Position numbers and translations under genes: made by a program. A DNA stretch of 64,000 bases, taken from the NCBI GenBank assembly GCA_963817745.1, contig CAWFPC010000004.1, forward strand, positions 41,389-105,388, written 5' to 3'. Under the pieces are notes generated by a model. The model was not told where the DNA came from and did not search any database. It worked only from the letters and a program-made list of their open reading frames with translations. The stretch comes from an uncultured Chloroflexia bacterium. GTDB taxonomy: Bacteria > Chloroflexota > Limnocylindria > Limnocylindrales > CSP1-4. Below are positions 1-9,539 of this stretch, one piece after another (position 1 is the first letter of the stretch; the number at the start of each line of letters is the position of its first letter).

Positions 1-249
1 CTCGGGCGTCTCGACGGCGTGCAGCTGGAGGTGGTCGCCCAGGCGGTCACGGACCTGCGTGATGCGTTGATCGCCACGACCGGGGCGAGTCCGGGATCGA
101 TGGATCGCCATCCCGCCTCCACGCCGACTCCACGATCCGCGTAGACCATCCAGCCACCGCGGGGCCGCGGGAGACCCAGCCCCGACGGCCCGGCCCCACG
201 CCCCAGCTCACACGCCAGCCAACGCCCCAAGGAGGGACAGACCGCGCTC

Positions 250-2136
250 ATGGAAGCCTTTCCCACGAACCCGGACGGCAACACGCCGTCGCTGGCGGAC
301 GACCCGGCCCTTGGCCTGAGCCATCGCGCGAAGATGGAGGTCCTCTTCGCGGTCATGCTCGGCCTGTTCCTGGGTGCGCTCGACCAGACGATCGTCGGCC
401 CCGCCCTGCCGACCATCATCACCCAGCTCAGTGGCAACGACTATTACGTCTGGTCCATCACGATCTACCTGCTGACGAGCACGATCAGCGTCCCGTTCTG
501 GGGCAAGCTGTCCGACCTCTACGGGCGCAAGCCGATCTTCATGATCGGCATCGTGATCTTCCTCGTCGGCTCGGCCCTGTCCGGCCTCAGCCAGAACATG
601 GGCATGCTCATCCTCTTCCGAGGCATCCAGGGCATCGGCGCCGGATCACTGTTCCCGGTCGCGCTGGCGATCATCGGTGACCTGTTCACGCCGCAGGAGC
701 GCGGCAAGTACCAGGGCCTCTTCGGAGCCGTCTTCGGCATCGCGTTCGTGGTCGGCCCGCTGGTCGGTGGATTCCTGACCGAGAACTTCGGCTGGCACTG
801 GATCTTCTACGTCAACATCCCGATCGGCATCGTCGCCCTGTTCGTCATCCAGCGGCTCCTGCCGACGGTCAAGAACGCGTCGGCGACGCGCAACTTCGAC
901 CTCCTCGGGGGGTTCATCTTCACGATCGCGATGGTGTTCCTGCTGGTCGGCCTGACCAACAAGCAGTTCAGCGACTGGACCGAGCCGACCGTCGGTGGCT
1001 TCATCGTGATCGGCATCATCGGCACGCTGCTGTTCATCCTGGCCGAGTCGCGCGCCAAGGAGCCGATCGTCCCGCTCCACCTGTGGCGGAGCCGGACCTA
1101 CTCGGCGTCGATGATCTCGACCTTCTTCGCGTCGTTCGCCTTCTTCGGCGCCATCGTCTTCCTGCCCCGCTGGTTCCAGTTCGTCGAGGGCTTCTCGCCG
1201 ACCGATTCCGGCCTGGCGGCGCTGCCGCTCATGGTCGGCCTGATCGCGAGCTCGATCGTGTCCGGCCTGATCGTCTCGCGGACCGGCCGCTACAAGTGGC
1301 TCGTCGTGATCTCGATCGCCGTGATGGCCTTCGGGACCCTGCTCATGACCCAGCTCACCCAGGACACGCCGGTACCGGTCGTCTGGCTGTGGATGTTGAT
1401 CGTCGGGCTCGGCGTCGGGCCGACCTTCTCGGTCTTCACGATCATCATCCAGAACGCCGTCCCGTTCCGTGAGCTCGGCGTGGCGACCTCCAACCTGACG
1501 TTCTTCCGCCAGATCGGCGGCACGATCGCGCTCGCGTTCGTGGGCACGATCTTCGGTACGACCCTGATCGAGAAGCTGCCGTCGTCGCTGACCGCGGCCG
1601 GTGTGCCCGAGCAGATCGTCACCGGGTTCAGCCAGGGGGGCGCGCTCGACCTCAATACGCTGACCGGCACCGGCCAGGGCTTCGACCTCGGGGCGACCAT
1701 CCTGGCAACGGCCCCGGCCGAGGTGCGTCCGCTGATCGAGCCGTTCATCGCCAACATCGTCGAAGGCCTCCACGCTGCCTTCAGCCTCGCCACGGCGCAG
1801 ACCTTCTGGCTCGGCGTCGTGGGTTCGGTCATCGCGGCCGTCGCGGCTGTCGCGATCAAGGAGATCCCGCTTCGCGTGTCGAACGCGGAACCGGCCTACG
1901 GTGAGGCTCCGGCTGCGGGCGCATCGTCCGCGACGAACGCGGCCCCGGCCGCGGGCGTCGCCCAGGCCGCAGGCCAGAGGGAGGCACGACCCCCGCCCGG
2001 ACGGCCGACTGACGGCCGAACGGTACGCCACCGCTCCTCCTCTCGATCGACGACCCCGGTGGTTCCGCCGCCGGGGTCGTCGTCTATGCCGCGGACAGGG
2101 CTCCGGCGGCGCAACCCGATACGATGCCGGAGATGA
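250..2136 (+). CDS. MFS transporter, DHA2 (EmrB/QacA-like, 14-TMS) drug:H+ antiporter family
   Basis: The 628-aa ORF has many hydrophobic segments. The N-terminal part shows typical DHA2 signatures (LDQTIVGPALPTI, GKLSDLYGRKP, FRGIQGIGAG, FGWHWIFYVNIPIG). The Ala/Pro/Arg-rich last ~90 aa look non-homologous, so the true stop may be earlier or masked by an indel. Confidence 0.85.
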   Translation: MEAFPTNPDGNTPSLADDPALGLSHRAKMEVLFAVMLGLFLGALDQTIVGPALPTIITQLSGNDYYVWSITIYLLTSTISVPFWGKLSDLYGRKPIFMIGIVIFLVGSALSGLSQNMGMLILFRGIQGIGAGSLFPVALAIIGDLFTPQERGKYQGLFGAVFGIAFVVGPLVGGFLTENFGWHWIFYVNIPIGIVALFVIQRLLPTVKNASATRNFDLLGGFIFTIAMVFLLVGLTNKQFSDWTEPTVGGFIVIGIIGTLLFILAESRAKEPIVPLHLWRSRTYSASMISTFFASFAFFGAIVFLPRWFQFVEGFSPTDSGLAALPLMVGLIASSIVSGLIVSRTGRYKWLVVISIAVMAFGTLLMTQLTQDTPVPVVWLWMLIVGLGVGPTFSVFTIIIQNAVPFRELGVATSNLTFFRQIGGTIALAFVGTIFGTTLIEKLPSSLTAAGVPEQIVTGFSQGGALDLNTLTGTGQGFDLGATILATAPAEVRPLIEPFIANIVEGLHAAFSLATAQTFWLGVVGSVIAAVAAVAIKEIPLRVSNAEPAYGEAPAAGASSATNAAPAAGVAQAAGQREARPPPGRPTDGRTVRHRSSSRSTTPVVPPPGSSSMPRTGLRRRNPIRCRR

Positions 2137-2651
2137 CCGTGCTCCCCGCCCCGTTCCCGCCTCGACTCCAGGCCGCCGGTACGGCCGACGCGCCGTTCCG
2201 CGCCGTGCTCGACCTCGACGAGCTCCCGCCGGGGCGATGCGCCGGATCAGCCACGGCGACCTCGACGTGCTGCTCGCCCACACCTCGGCGGGGATCGTCG
2301 CGACGGACGATCGATGCCCGCACATGAGCGCTCCCCTGTCGATCGGTCAGCTGGACGGATGCATCGTCGCGTGCCCGCTGCACGAGGGCCGGTTCGACCT
2401 CGCAATCGGGCGATCCGGCCCGGATGCCGACGACCGGCGGGCTCGACCCCGACGGCGTGTACCACCCCACGTGGTCACCCGCGGGCAAGGACCCCAAGGT
2501 CGATCCACCCGGCCTCAAGGCCGAGGCGCGACGCCTGACCCGCGTGCGCCGGTTCCGCTACTACCCGCTCCGGATCGTGGACGGACGGATCGAGGTCGCG
2601 CTGCCGCCGATGCTGGACCACCTCGAGCCGGACGCCATCGCCGACGCCTGA
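2124..2651 (+). pseudogene. Rieske [2Fe-2S] ferredoxin-like protein; frame is broken twice (0 to 2 to 0)
   Basis: The Rieske motif CPHMSAPL...CPLHEGRFDL sits in the frame-2 piece of ORF 1901..2665. The N-terminus (FRAVLDLDELPPG) and C-terminus (MPTTGGLDPDGVYHPTW...YYPLRIVDGRIEV) are in ORFs 2124..2327 and 2424..2651. The switches fall at G-runs near 2231-2234 and 2408-2410. Confidence 0.7.
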
Positions 2652-2686
2652 GATCGGCGGGCTGACACGGGCCGCACGCCGCGCCC

Positions 2687-3574
2687 TCAGCTCTCTGCCT
2701 GCTCCGAGGCAGGTCGCGTCGGGTGCTCGACGTCGGCCGCGTCCACGACCTGGGTCCCGGTCGCGGTCGCCGCGCCCCGGCCGTCGCGTCCGCGCACGTA
2801 CGCATCGATGATGTCGCACGCCTCGGCCGGATCGTCGGTGACGCGCAGGAGGTCCACGTCCGCCTTGTTGATCGCCGATTCGGCGACGAGCGGCCCGCGG
2901 ATCCAGTCGAGCAACCCGCGCCAGTAGTCGGTGCCGATGAGGATCACCGGGAAATCCTGGACCTTGCGGGTCTGGATCAGGGTCAGAGCCTCGAACAGCT
3001 CGTCGAGCGTGCCGAAGCCACCCGGGTAGATCACGAACGCGTCGGCGTACTTCACGAACATGACCTTCCGCGCGAAGAAGTAGCGGAACTCGACGCCGAG
3101 ATCGACGTACGGGTTGAGCCCCTGCTCCAGCGGCAGCTCGATGTTGCAGCCGACCGACAGGCCGCCGCCCTCCTGGCACCCGCGGTTCGCCGCGGCCATG
3201 ATCCCGGGTCCGCCGCCGGTGATGACCGCGTAGCCGTGCTGCGCCAGCAGCGCCCCGAGCTTGCGCGCTCCCGCGTAGTAGGGCGAGTCCTCGGGCGTGC
3301 GCGCCGACCCGAACACCGTCACGGCCGGGCCGACCGACGCGAGCGCGTCGAAGCCGTCGACGAACTCGCCCACGATCCGCAGGACACGCCACGGGTCCGT
3401 GTCGAGGAACGCCGGGCGATCCGAGCGTTCGAGCAGGCGCTCGTCCTCGGTCCGCCGCGCCCGTCGGGTCGCCTGGTGGTCCTTCCCCGGGCGGATCACC
3501 AGGCGGCCGCTGCGCTTGCGGCTCAGGGGCTCGCCGGGATGGCGATCGTCGTCCGGATCGGGTCGTTCGGTCAT
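2687..3574 (-). CDS. LOG family protein (TIGR00730; cytokinin riboside 5'-monophosphate phosphoribohydrolase-like)
   Basis: Intact 295-aa ORF with GGGPGIMAAANRG and the PGGFGTLDELFE motif that is diagnostic of LOG/'lysine decarboxylase-like' proteins. Confidence 0.9.
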   Translation of the reverse strand: MTERPDPDDDRHPGEPLSRKRSGRLVIRPGKDHQATRRARRTEDERLLERSDRPAFLDTDPWRVLRIVGEFVDGFDALASVGPAVTVFGSARTPEDSPYYAGARKLGALLAQHGYAVITGGGPGIMAAANRGCQEGGGLSVGCNIELPLEQGLNPYVDLGVEFRYFFARKVMFVKYADAFVIYPGGFGTLDELFEALTLIQTRKVQDFPVILIGTDYWRGLLDWIRGPLVAESAINKADVDLLRVTDDPAEACDIIDAYVRGRDGRGAATATGTQVVDAADVEHPTRPASEQAES

Positions 3575-3598
3575 CGCCGCTAGGATGCACCACGGGAG

Positions 3599-3796
3599 GT
3601 GCTGATGCGCGGACGCGTGCTCATCGCGGTCGGCCTGGGCGCCATCGGCCTGGTCTGGATCGGACAGGGACTGGGGCTGCTCCAGGGGAGCGGGTTCATG
3701 GTCGACGATGTCCGCTGGGCGGTCGCCGGCGGGGCGCTGCTCATCCTCGGTGCCGTGGTCCTGGTCAGCGCCCTCCGGAGCCGCCCGAAGGCCTGA
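3599..3796 (+). CDS. small two-TM membrane protein (hypothetical)
   Basis: The 65-aa ORF has two hydrophobic helices. GGGAGG lies just upstream, so the ATG at 3605 is the better-spaced start. No recognisable family. Confidence 0.4.
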   Translation: MLMRGRVLIAVGLGAIGLVWIGQGLGLLQGSGFMVDDVRWAVAGGALLILGAVVLVSALRSRPKA

Positions 3797-4136
3797 GCCA
3801 GGACGTCCACACCGCCTCGGCGCGTCCGGCCGTCACCTCGTTGCCGAAGCGGACCAGCGGCAGTCGGAGGAGTCGCTGGTCGGCCTGCAGGCGCTCGGCC
3901 ACCTCGCGATCGTCCATCCGCAGGTGGGCGAGGCCGCCCTCCCGGTACGGACGCGACGTCTCGTCGAGCAGGGCACGCGCCCCGAGCCGCTCGACGAACC
4001 GACGCAGCTCGGCCGGCGCCATCGGGCGCTTCCGGATGTCCACGAGGCTGACCACGATCCGCCGTTCGCGAAAGAATCGGATGGCGCCGCGGGTGGCCTG
4101 CGACTCGTCGCTGCCGAACACCTGGATGTCGGGCAT
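3765..4136 (-). CDS. ArsC/Spx/YffB-family (glutaredoxin-like fold) protein
   Basis: The internal start MPDIQVFGSDESQATRGAIRFFRERRI...LLRLPLVR matches the ArsC/Spx family layout. The remainder of ORF 3765..4631 upstream is Arg/Gly-rich junk. Confidence 0.7.
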   Translation of the reverse strand: MPDIQVFGSDESQATRGAIRFFRERRIVVSLVDIRKRPMAPAELRRFVERLGARALLDETSRPYREGGLAHLRMDDREVAERLQADQRLLRLPLVRFGNEVTAGRAEAVWTSWLRPSGGSGGR

Positions 4137-4265
4137 CTTCTTCGTCGGCGTCCTGCCGAGCGGCGCCGGCATCGTCAGCGGTCCTTGTCGGCACGAGCCT
4201 GGCAGCCACGATCGATAGCCTAGCGCGGCGACCGGGTACCATCGCTCCCCACAGGAGGTGTCCGC

Positions 4266-4553
4266 GTGACGGTCTGGTTCACGGTCCAGCTCGACGATCG
4301 ACCCGGGTCGCTGGCGCGCGTCGCGACCGCCCTCGCCGAGCACGGCGTGAACATCACGGGGATCGTCGGGGTCGCCGAGGATACCGACGGCGCGCTGATG
4401 CTGACCACGTCGGACCCGGCCGCGACCCGCGCGGCGTTCCAGGGTCTCGGGTTGGCGTTCGAGGAGCACGACCCGACCGGCGGGCTCGAGCCCGAATCGA
4501 TGACCGTGGGCGATCTGCGACCGGGCGCCGCCGGCCGCGGCACGCTCGGCTGA
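4266..4553 (+). CDS. ACT domain-containing protein
   Basis: GTG start preceded by AGGAGG at 4252-4257. VQLDDRPGSLARVATALAEHGVNI is a typical ACT beta-alpha-beta opening. Confidence 0.65.
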   Translation: MTVWFTVQLDDRPGSLARVATALAEHGVNITGIVGVAEDTDGALMLTTSDPAATRAAFQGLGLAFEEHDPTGGLEPESMTVGDLRPGAAGRGTLG

Positions 4554-4564
4554 CCGGTCGCCCG

Positions 4565-5242
4565 ATGGCCCGACGACCGGCGGTCGAGACCGTCGCGATC
4601 CGGTTCGACGTGGTCGACCGGCCAGAGGCATTGGCCGCGATCGGCGCGGCGGCCGCGGGTCTCGGCGGCCGGATCCGGACCCTGGCGACCGTGCGGCCGA
4701 TCGACGGGGACCCGCCGCTCGTCGAGGTCGAGCTCGAGGTCGAGGGCGTCGCCGACGCCGACCTCGTCGCCGCGCTCGAGGGGCTGGACGATGTCCGTTC
4801 CGTGCACCTGACGCGAGCGCTCGGCACGGTCTTCGGCAAGCGGATCATCGTCGTCGGGGGCGGCGCGCAGGTCGCGCAGGTCGCGCTCGGCGCGGTGAGC
4901 GAGGCCGATCGCCACAACCTGCGCGGCGAGCGCATCTCGGTCGACACGATCCCGCTCGTCGGCGAGGAGCACATCGCCGCGGCGGTCCGCGCGGTCGCCG
5001 ACCTGCCACGCGCCCGCCTGCTCGTCCTCGCCGGCTCGATCATGGGCGGTGACATCAGCGTGGCGGCCGACGAGCTGCGCGCGGTCGGCATCCCGATCAT
5101 CGCGCTGAACATGGTCGGCTCGATCACCGAGCACGTGGACCTCGTGGTCTCCGACCCCGTCCAGGCCGGCACGATGGCGGTCATGGCCGTGGCCGACACG
5201 GCGACCTTCGATCTCGAGCGCCAGCGCGGCCGCCGGTACTGA
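4565..5242 (+). CDS. ACT-like N-terminal domain plus an uncharacterised Rossmann-like C-terminal domain (DUF5612-like?)
   Basis: Intact 225-aa ORF with high third-position GC. N-terminal ACT-like segment, then KRIIVVGGGAQVAQ...LLVLAGSIMGG. The family assignment is from memory only. Confidence 0.55.
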   Translation: MARRPAVETVAIRFDVVDRPEALAAIGAAAAGLGGRIRTLATVRPIDGDPPLVEVELEVEGVADADLVAALEGLDDVRSVHLTRALGTVFGKRIIVVGGGAQVAQVALGAVSEADRHNLRGERISVDTIPLVGEEHIAAAVRAVADLPRARLLVLAGSIMGGDISVAADELRAVGIPIIALNMVGSITEHVDLVVSDPVQAGTMAVMAVADTATFDLERQRGRRY

Positions 5243-5251
5243 TCGCCCGAC

Positions 5252-6187
5252 ATGCGCATCGCGACCTGGAACGTCAACTCGCTCAAGGCCCGCCAGGAGG
5301 CCGTCGAGCGCTGGCTGGACCGCGCGGCGCCGGACATCCTGCTGCTCCAGGAGACGAAGCTCACCGACGAGGACGCCCCGGTCATGGCGTTCGCGATGGC
5401 CGGCTACCAGCTCGTCCACCACGGCGAGGGACGCTGGAACGGGGTCGCCATCGCGGCACGACAGGGCATGGCGATCGACGACGTCGTGACGAACTTCGGC
5501 GACGGTCCGGTCCGCGACTCCGGGCCGGGCGGGGTGGCCGCCGGCGCGAGCGAGGACGACTTCGACCCGTTCGACGAGGCGCGGATGCTCGCGGCCACGG
5601 TCGACGGGTTGCGGGTCGTCAGCCTGTACGCCCCGAACGGGCGCGTGGTGGGGTCGCCGTTCTACGCGGGCAAGCTCGCCTGGTACGAGCGCCTCGGTCG
5701 ATGGCTCGACGACGAGGCGGCTCGGCGGGGCACGTCCGACGGTCTGGTGATCGGCGGCGACATGAACGTCGCCCCGACCGATCTCGAGGTCTGGGACGCG
5801 GCCGCCGTCCACGGCGGGACCCACGTCTCGGAACCCGAGCGTGCCGCGTTCCGGGCGCTGCTGGACCGCGGGCTGGTGGACGCCTACCGGGCACGCCACG
5901 ACGAGCCCGGCCGCTACTCGTGGTGGGATTACCGCGCCGGGATGTTCCACAAGAACTTCGGGATGCGGATCGACCACCTGCTCGTGTCGGCCGATGTCGC
6001 GGCGCGGATCGTCGATGCCGAGATCGACCGCGAGGCGCGCAAGGGGCCGCCGGTCCCGTCCGACCATGCGCCGCTGACCGTGGACCTGGACGAGCCGGGC
6101 AAGCCGTTCGATCCCGACTGGGCGGGAGCCCTCGCCAGGATCACCGCCCGGACGCGTCCGGCGGGTGGGTCGCGCCGCTCGTCCTGA
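5252..6187 (+). CDS. xthA: exodeoxyribonuclease III
   Basis: MRIATWNVNSL...LLLQETK...GGDMNVAP...WWDYR...RIDH...SDHAPL: the full set of ExoIII/AP-endonuclease motifs. Confidence 0.93.
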   Translation: MRIATWNVNSLKARQEAVERWLDRAAPDILLLQETKLTDEDAPVMAFAMAGYQLVHHGEGRWNGVAIAARQGMAIDDVVTNFGDGPVRDSGPGGVAAGASEDDFDPFDEARMLAATVDGLRVVSLYAPNGRVVGSPFYAGKLAWYERLGRWLDDEAARRGTSDGLVIGGDMNVAPTDLEVWDAAAVHGGTHVSEPERAAFRALLDRGLVDAYRARHDEPGRYSWWDYRAGMFHKNFGMRIDHLLVSADVAARIVDAEIDREARKGPPVPSDHAPLTVDLDEPGKPFDPDWAGALARITARTRPAGGSRRSS

Positions 6188-6249
6188 CGTTGCGGATGAC
6201 GGGACGGCGTGCGCCGCGTCCCATGGCCCGACCGTAGGCTCGCCCACGG

Positions 6250-7353
6250 ATGACGGAACCCACCATGGCGTCGGATGCCGAGATCCGCCTCATCGACCTG
6301 GAAAAGCGCTTTGGCAGCGTCCGGGCGGTCGACGGCGTGTCGATCGACGTCCGGGCGGGTGAGTTCTTCTCGCTCCTCGGGCCGTCCGGCTGCGGCAAGA
6401 CGACAACGCTCCGGATGATCGGCGGCTTCGAGCTCCCGACCGGCGGCCGCATCCTCCTGCGCGATCGCGACGTGACGCACGACCCGCCCGACAAGCGGCC
6501 GGTCAACATGGTGTTCCAGAGCTACGCGCTCTTCCCGCACCTCGACGTCGGCGACAACATCGCGTTCGGCCTGCGTCGCAAGAAGGTCGACAAGGCCGAG
6601 ATCGGGCGGCGGGTCGGTGAGGTCCTCGGCCTCGTCCATCTCGAGGGCTTCGAGCGGCGACGCTCCAACCAGCTGTCGGGCGGCCAGCAGCAGCGCGTCG
6701 CGCTCGCCCGCGCGCTCGTGAACCGGCCCAACGTGCTGCTCCTCGACGAGCCGCTGGGCGCGCTCGACCTCAAGCTCCGGCGCCAGCTCCAGCTCGAGCT
6801 GAAGCGCATCCAGACCGAGGTCGGGATCACGTTCGTCTACGTGACCCACGACCAGGAGGAAGCGCTCACGATGAGCGACCGGATCGCGGTCATGAACGCC
6901 GGCAAGGTCGAGCAGCTCGGGACGCCCGAGGAGCTCTACGAGCGTCCGGCGACGCGGTTCGTCGCGGACTTCATCGGGACGACCAACCTGCTGCACGGCG
7001 TGATCGAGCCCGACGGGTCCGTGCGCCTGACCAGCGGGGAATCGGCGCGTGTCGCGCATGACGGCGTCGGCCCCGGCGCCGAGGTGGAGATCAGCGTCCG
7101 CCCGGAGGCCATCACCCTGGTCCCGGCCGACGCCCAGGGGGCCATCCGGGGGCTCATCGAGCAGGCCGCCTATCTCGGGGGAACGGTGTCCTACCAGGTC
7201 CGCACGGCGGGCGGCCTGTCCCTGTCAGTCCTGGCACAGAAGACCGGGGTTCGCCTCCCGGTCGGTAGCGAGGTGGCCGTCGCGTGGTCACCAGCGGATG
7301 CACTCGTCCTTGGCGGTGGGCCTGGACGGGTCGAGGAGGAGGAGCACCCATGA
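6250..7353 (+). CDS. potA: spermidine/putrescine-type ABC transporter ATP-binding protein
   Basis: Walker A GPSGCGKTT, signature LSGGQQQRVALARAL and Walker B LLLDEP, with a C-terminal TOBE-like domain. Its stop overlaps the next start (ATGA at 7350-7353). Confidence 0.9.
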   Translation: MTEPTMASDAEIRLIDLEKRFGSVRAVDGVSIDVRAGEFFSLLGPSGCGKTTTLRMIGGFELPTGGRILLRDRDVTHDPPDKRPVNMVFQSYALFPHLDVGDNIAFGLRRKKVDKAEIGRRVGEVLGLVHLEGFERRRSNQLSGGQQQRVALARALVNRPNVLLLDEPLGALDLKLRRQLQLELKRIQTEVGITFVYVTHDQEEALTMSDRIAVMNAGKVEQLGTPEELYERPATRFVADFIGTTNLLHGVIEPDGSVRLTSGESARVAHDGVGPGAEVEISVRPEAITLVPADAQGAIRGLIEQAAYLGGTVSYQVRTAGGLSLSVLAQKTGVRLPVGSEVAVAWSPADALVLGGGPGRVEEEEHP

Positions 7354-8583
7354 ACGACCGATACGACGGCTCGTCGATCGACCTCGAGCGCGCGCTCGTG
7401 CGCTACATGGTCGAACGGCGGATCACCCGGCGCCAGCTCCTGGATCGGATCGCGAAGGTCGGAGCCGCGGCGGCCCTCGGGCCGGTGATCGCCGCCTGCA
7501 CGGGCGGCGGCGCGAGCCCGTCCGCCGCGGCCTCCGCGGCGGCGTCCGCGTCGGCGGCCGCCAGCGCGGCAGCGTCCGTCGCACCGACGGTGGCGCCCAC
7601 GCCGGTGCCGCAGCCGGAGGCCGAGCTCAACATCTACAACTGGCTCGACTACATCGGCGACGGCGTCATCGAGTCGTTCGAGGCGAAGTACCCGGTCAAG
7701 GTCAACTACGACCTGTTCGACGACATCTACGCGGCGTACGACAAGCTCGGCGACCGACGGCGGTGGCTACGACATCTCGTTCCCGATCGGCGTGGACGTG
7801 CCCGGCTTCATCCAGACCGGCACCCTCCGGGAGCTCGACAAGTCCCTGCTCCCGAACATCGTGAACCTCGGCGCGGAGTGGGCCGACCCCGGCTACGACC
7901 CGGGCAACAAGTTCACCGTGCCGTACGTGTGGTGGACGACCGGCGTCGGCTACGACACGACCAAGGTGACGGACAGCCCGACGAGCTCGACGGCGCTGTG
8001 GGATCCGCGCTACGCCGAGCACATCTCGATGATGGACGACTACCAGGAGGCGTTCGGGCTCACGCTGATCCAGCTCGGCTTCTCCGCGAACACGACGGAC
8101 ACCGCCCAGATGGACGCCGCCCTGGCCAGGCTCAAGGAGCAGAAGCCGCTGCTGCGGACGTACAGCAACGACACCGTGGGCGTGATGACCGGCGGCGACG
8201 TCTGGATCGGCATGATCTGGGGCTCCGACCTGTACCAGATCTCGCAGGAGAACGAGAACATCGCCTACTTCATCCCGGACGAAGGCGGCGTCCGCGGTTC
8301 CGACACGATGGCGATCTACTCGGGTGCCGAGCACCCGATCGCTGCCCACCTGTTCATCAACCACATGCTCGACGCCGAGGTGAGCGCCGCGAACACGAAC
8401 TTCATCGGCTACATGGGCCCCAACGCCGCGGCGAAGGCGTTCATCGACCCGGCGATCCTCGCCGACCCGGCGGTCAACCCCGACGTGGCGATCCTCGACA
8501 AGCTCGAGGAGCTGCTCGACCTGCCGAACGCGGTCGACGACGAGTACCTGAACCGCTGGCAAGAGCTGAAGGGCGGCGGCTGA
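7350..8583 (+). pseudogene. potD: polyamine-type ABC substrate-binding lipoprotein (Tat signal plus lipobox); one frameshift near 7750-7760
   Basis: N-terminus RRITRRQLLDRIAKVGAAAALGPVIAAC, then NIYNWLDYIGDGVIESFEAKY in frame 0. GGGYDISFPIGVDVPGFIQTG...PYVWWTTGVGYD continues in ORF 7792..8583 (frame 1). Confidence 0.8.
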
Positions 8584-8633
8584 TCCGTCGCCTGCCACCG
8601 CACCGGTGGCTGCCGGCTGATGTCGACCCTGGC

Positions 8634-9539
8634 GTGACCACCACCGCGGCCGCGGCCGACGCCGTCCCGACGAGCTCGCGGAGATCGCCGTTCGCGGCCC
8701 TCCGCGGCTCGTCGCTCGTGCTGCCGGGCGTCGCCTGGCTGGTGCTGTTCTTCGTCGTCCCGCTCGCGTTCATCTTCGTGGTGAGCCTGGGCAGCCGCGA
8801 CGAGCTGCACCAGATCGTCCTCACCAACCCGTCGCTCGCGAACTACGAGCGGGCGTTCAACCCGATCTTCCTGCCGACCGTGGTGACGTCGCTGTACTAC
8901 GCGACCGCCACGACGATCCTGTCACTCGTCATCGCCTTCCCGGTCGCGTACTGGATCTCGCGCTACGGCGGCCGCCACAAGGTGCTGCTCCTGCTCCTGA
9001 TGATGCTGCCGTTCTGGACGAGCTACCTCATCCGCACCTACGCCTGGATGATCATCCTGCGCGACCAGGGCGTCGTGAACGCGATGCTCCAGGCGACCGG
9101 CCTCACGAGCGAGCCGATCGTGCTCCTCAACACCGATTTCTCGGTGATCCTGGGCATGACCTACGGCTTCCTGCCGTTCGCGATCCTGCCGCTGTTCGTG
9201 TCGATCGACCGGCTCGACCCCAACCTCGTGGCGGCGGCCCGCGACCTCTACGCCTCCGGCCGCCAGGCGTTCGTCCACGTGACGCTGCCGCTGGTCATGC
9301 CCGGCATCATCGCCGCGGCGCTCCTGACCTTCATCCCCGCGCTCGGTGACTTCGTGACCCCCGACCTGCTCGGCGGTGCGCAGGTCACGACCGTGGCCAA
9401 GGTCATCCAGGAGCGCTTCCTCGACGGGCGCGACTGGCCGTACGGCGCGGCGCTCGGCTTCGTCCTGATGATCGTCACCCTGCTCGGCACGTTCCTCGCG
9501 CTCCGGACGCTGCGGCGCGAAGTGGTGGGCGCCCAATGA
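8634..9539 (+). CDS. potB: polyamine-type ABC transporter permease
   Basis: This is the last third of ORF 7284..9539, with a GTG start at 8634. It has six hydrophobic segments and a region with the layout of the binding-protein-dependent transport EAA loop (AAARDLYASGRQAFVHVTLPL). Confidence 0.85.
   Translation: MTTTAAAADAVPTSSRRSPFAALRGSSLVLPGVAWLVLFFVVPLAFIFVVSLGSRDELHQIVLTNPSLANYERAFNPIFLPTVVTSLYYATATTILSLVIAFPVAYWISRYGGRHKVLLLLLMMLPFWTSYLIRTYAWMIILRDQGVVNAMLQATGLTSEPIVLLNTDFSVILGMTYGFLPFAILPLFVSIDRLDPNLVAAARDLYASGRQAFVHVTLPLVMPGIIAAALLTFIPALGDFVTPDLLGGAQVTTVAKVIQERFLDGRDWPYGAALGFVLMIVTLLGTFLALRTLRREVVGAQ

Noticed and set aside
1-249. A partial gene at the left edge.
   Set aside because: Two readings have moderately good third-position GC: the plus frame 1..144 (...LGRLDGVQLEVVAQAVTDLRDALIATTG...*) and a minus-strand ATG at ~111 reading out of the window. 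Neither has a recognisable motif, so I cannot choose a strand.
7515-7580. CRISPR-like or other non-coding repeat arrays. The short periodic stretches are at 7515-7580, 22924-22959, 24785-24895 and 34620-34900.
   Set aside because: All lie inside ORFs and encode low-complexity Ala/Ser, Glu/Asp/Val, Asp/Pro/Thr or Pro/Ser linkers. There is no repeat-spacer architecture and there are no cas genes.
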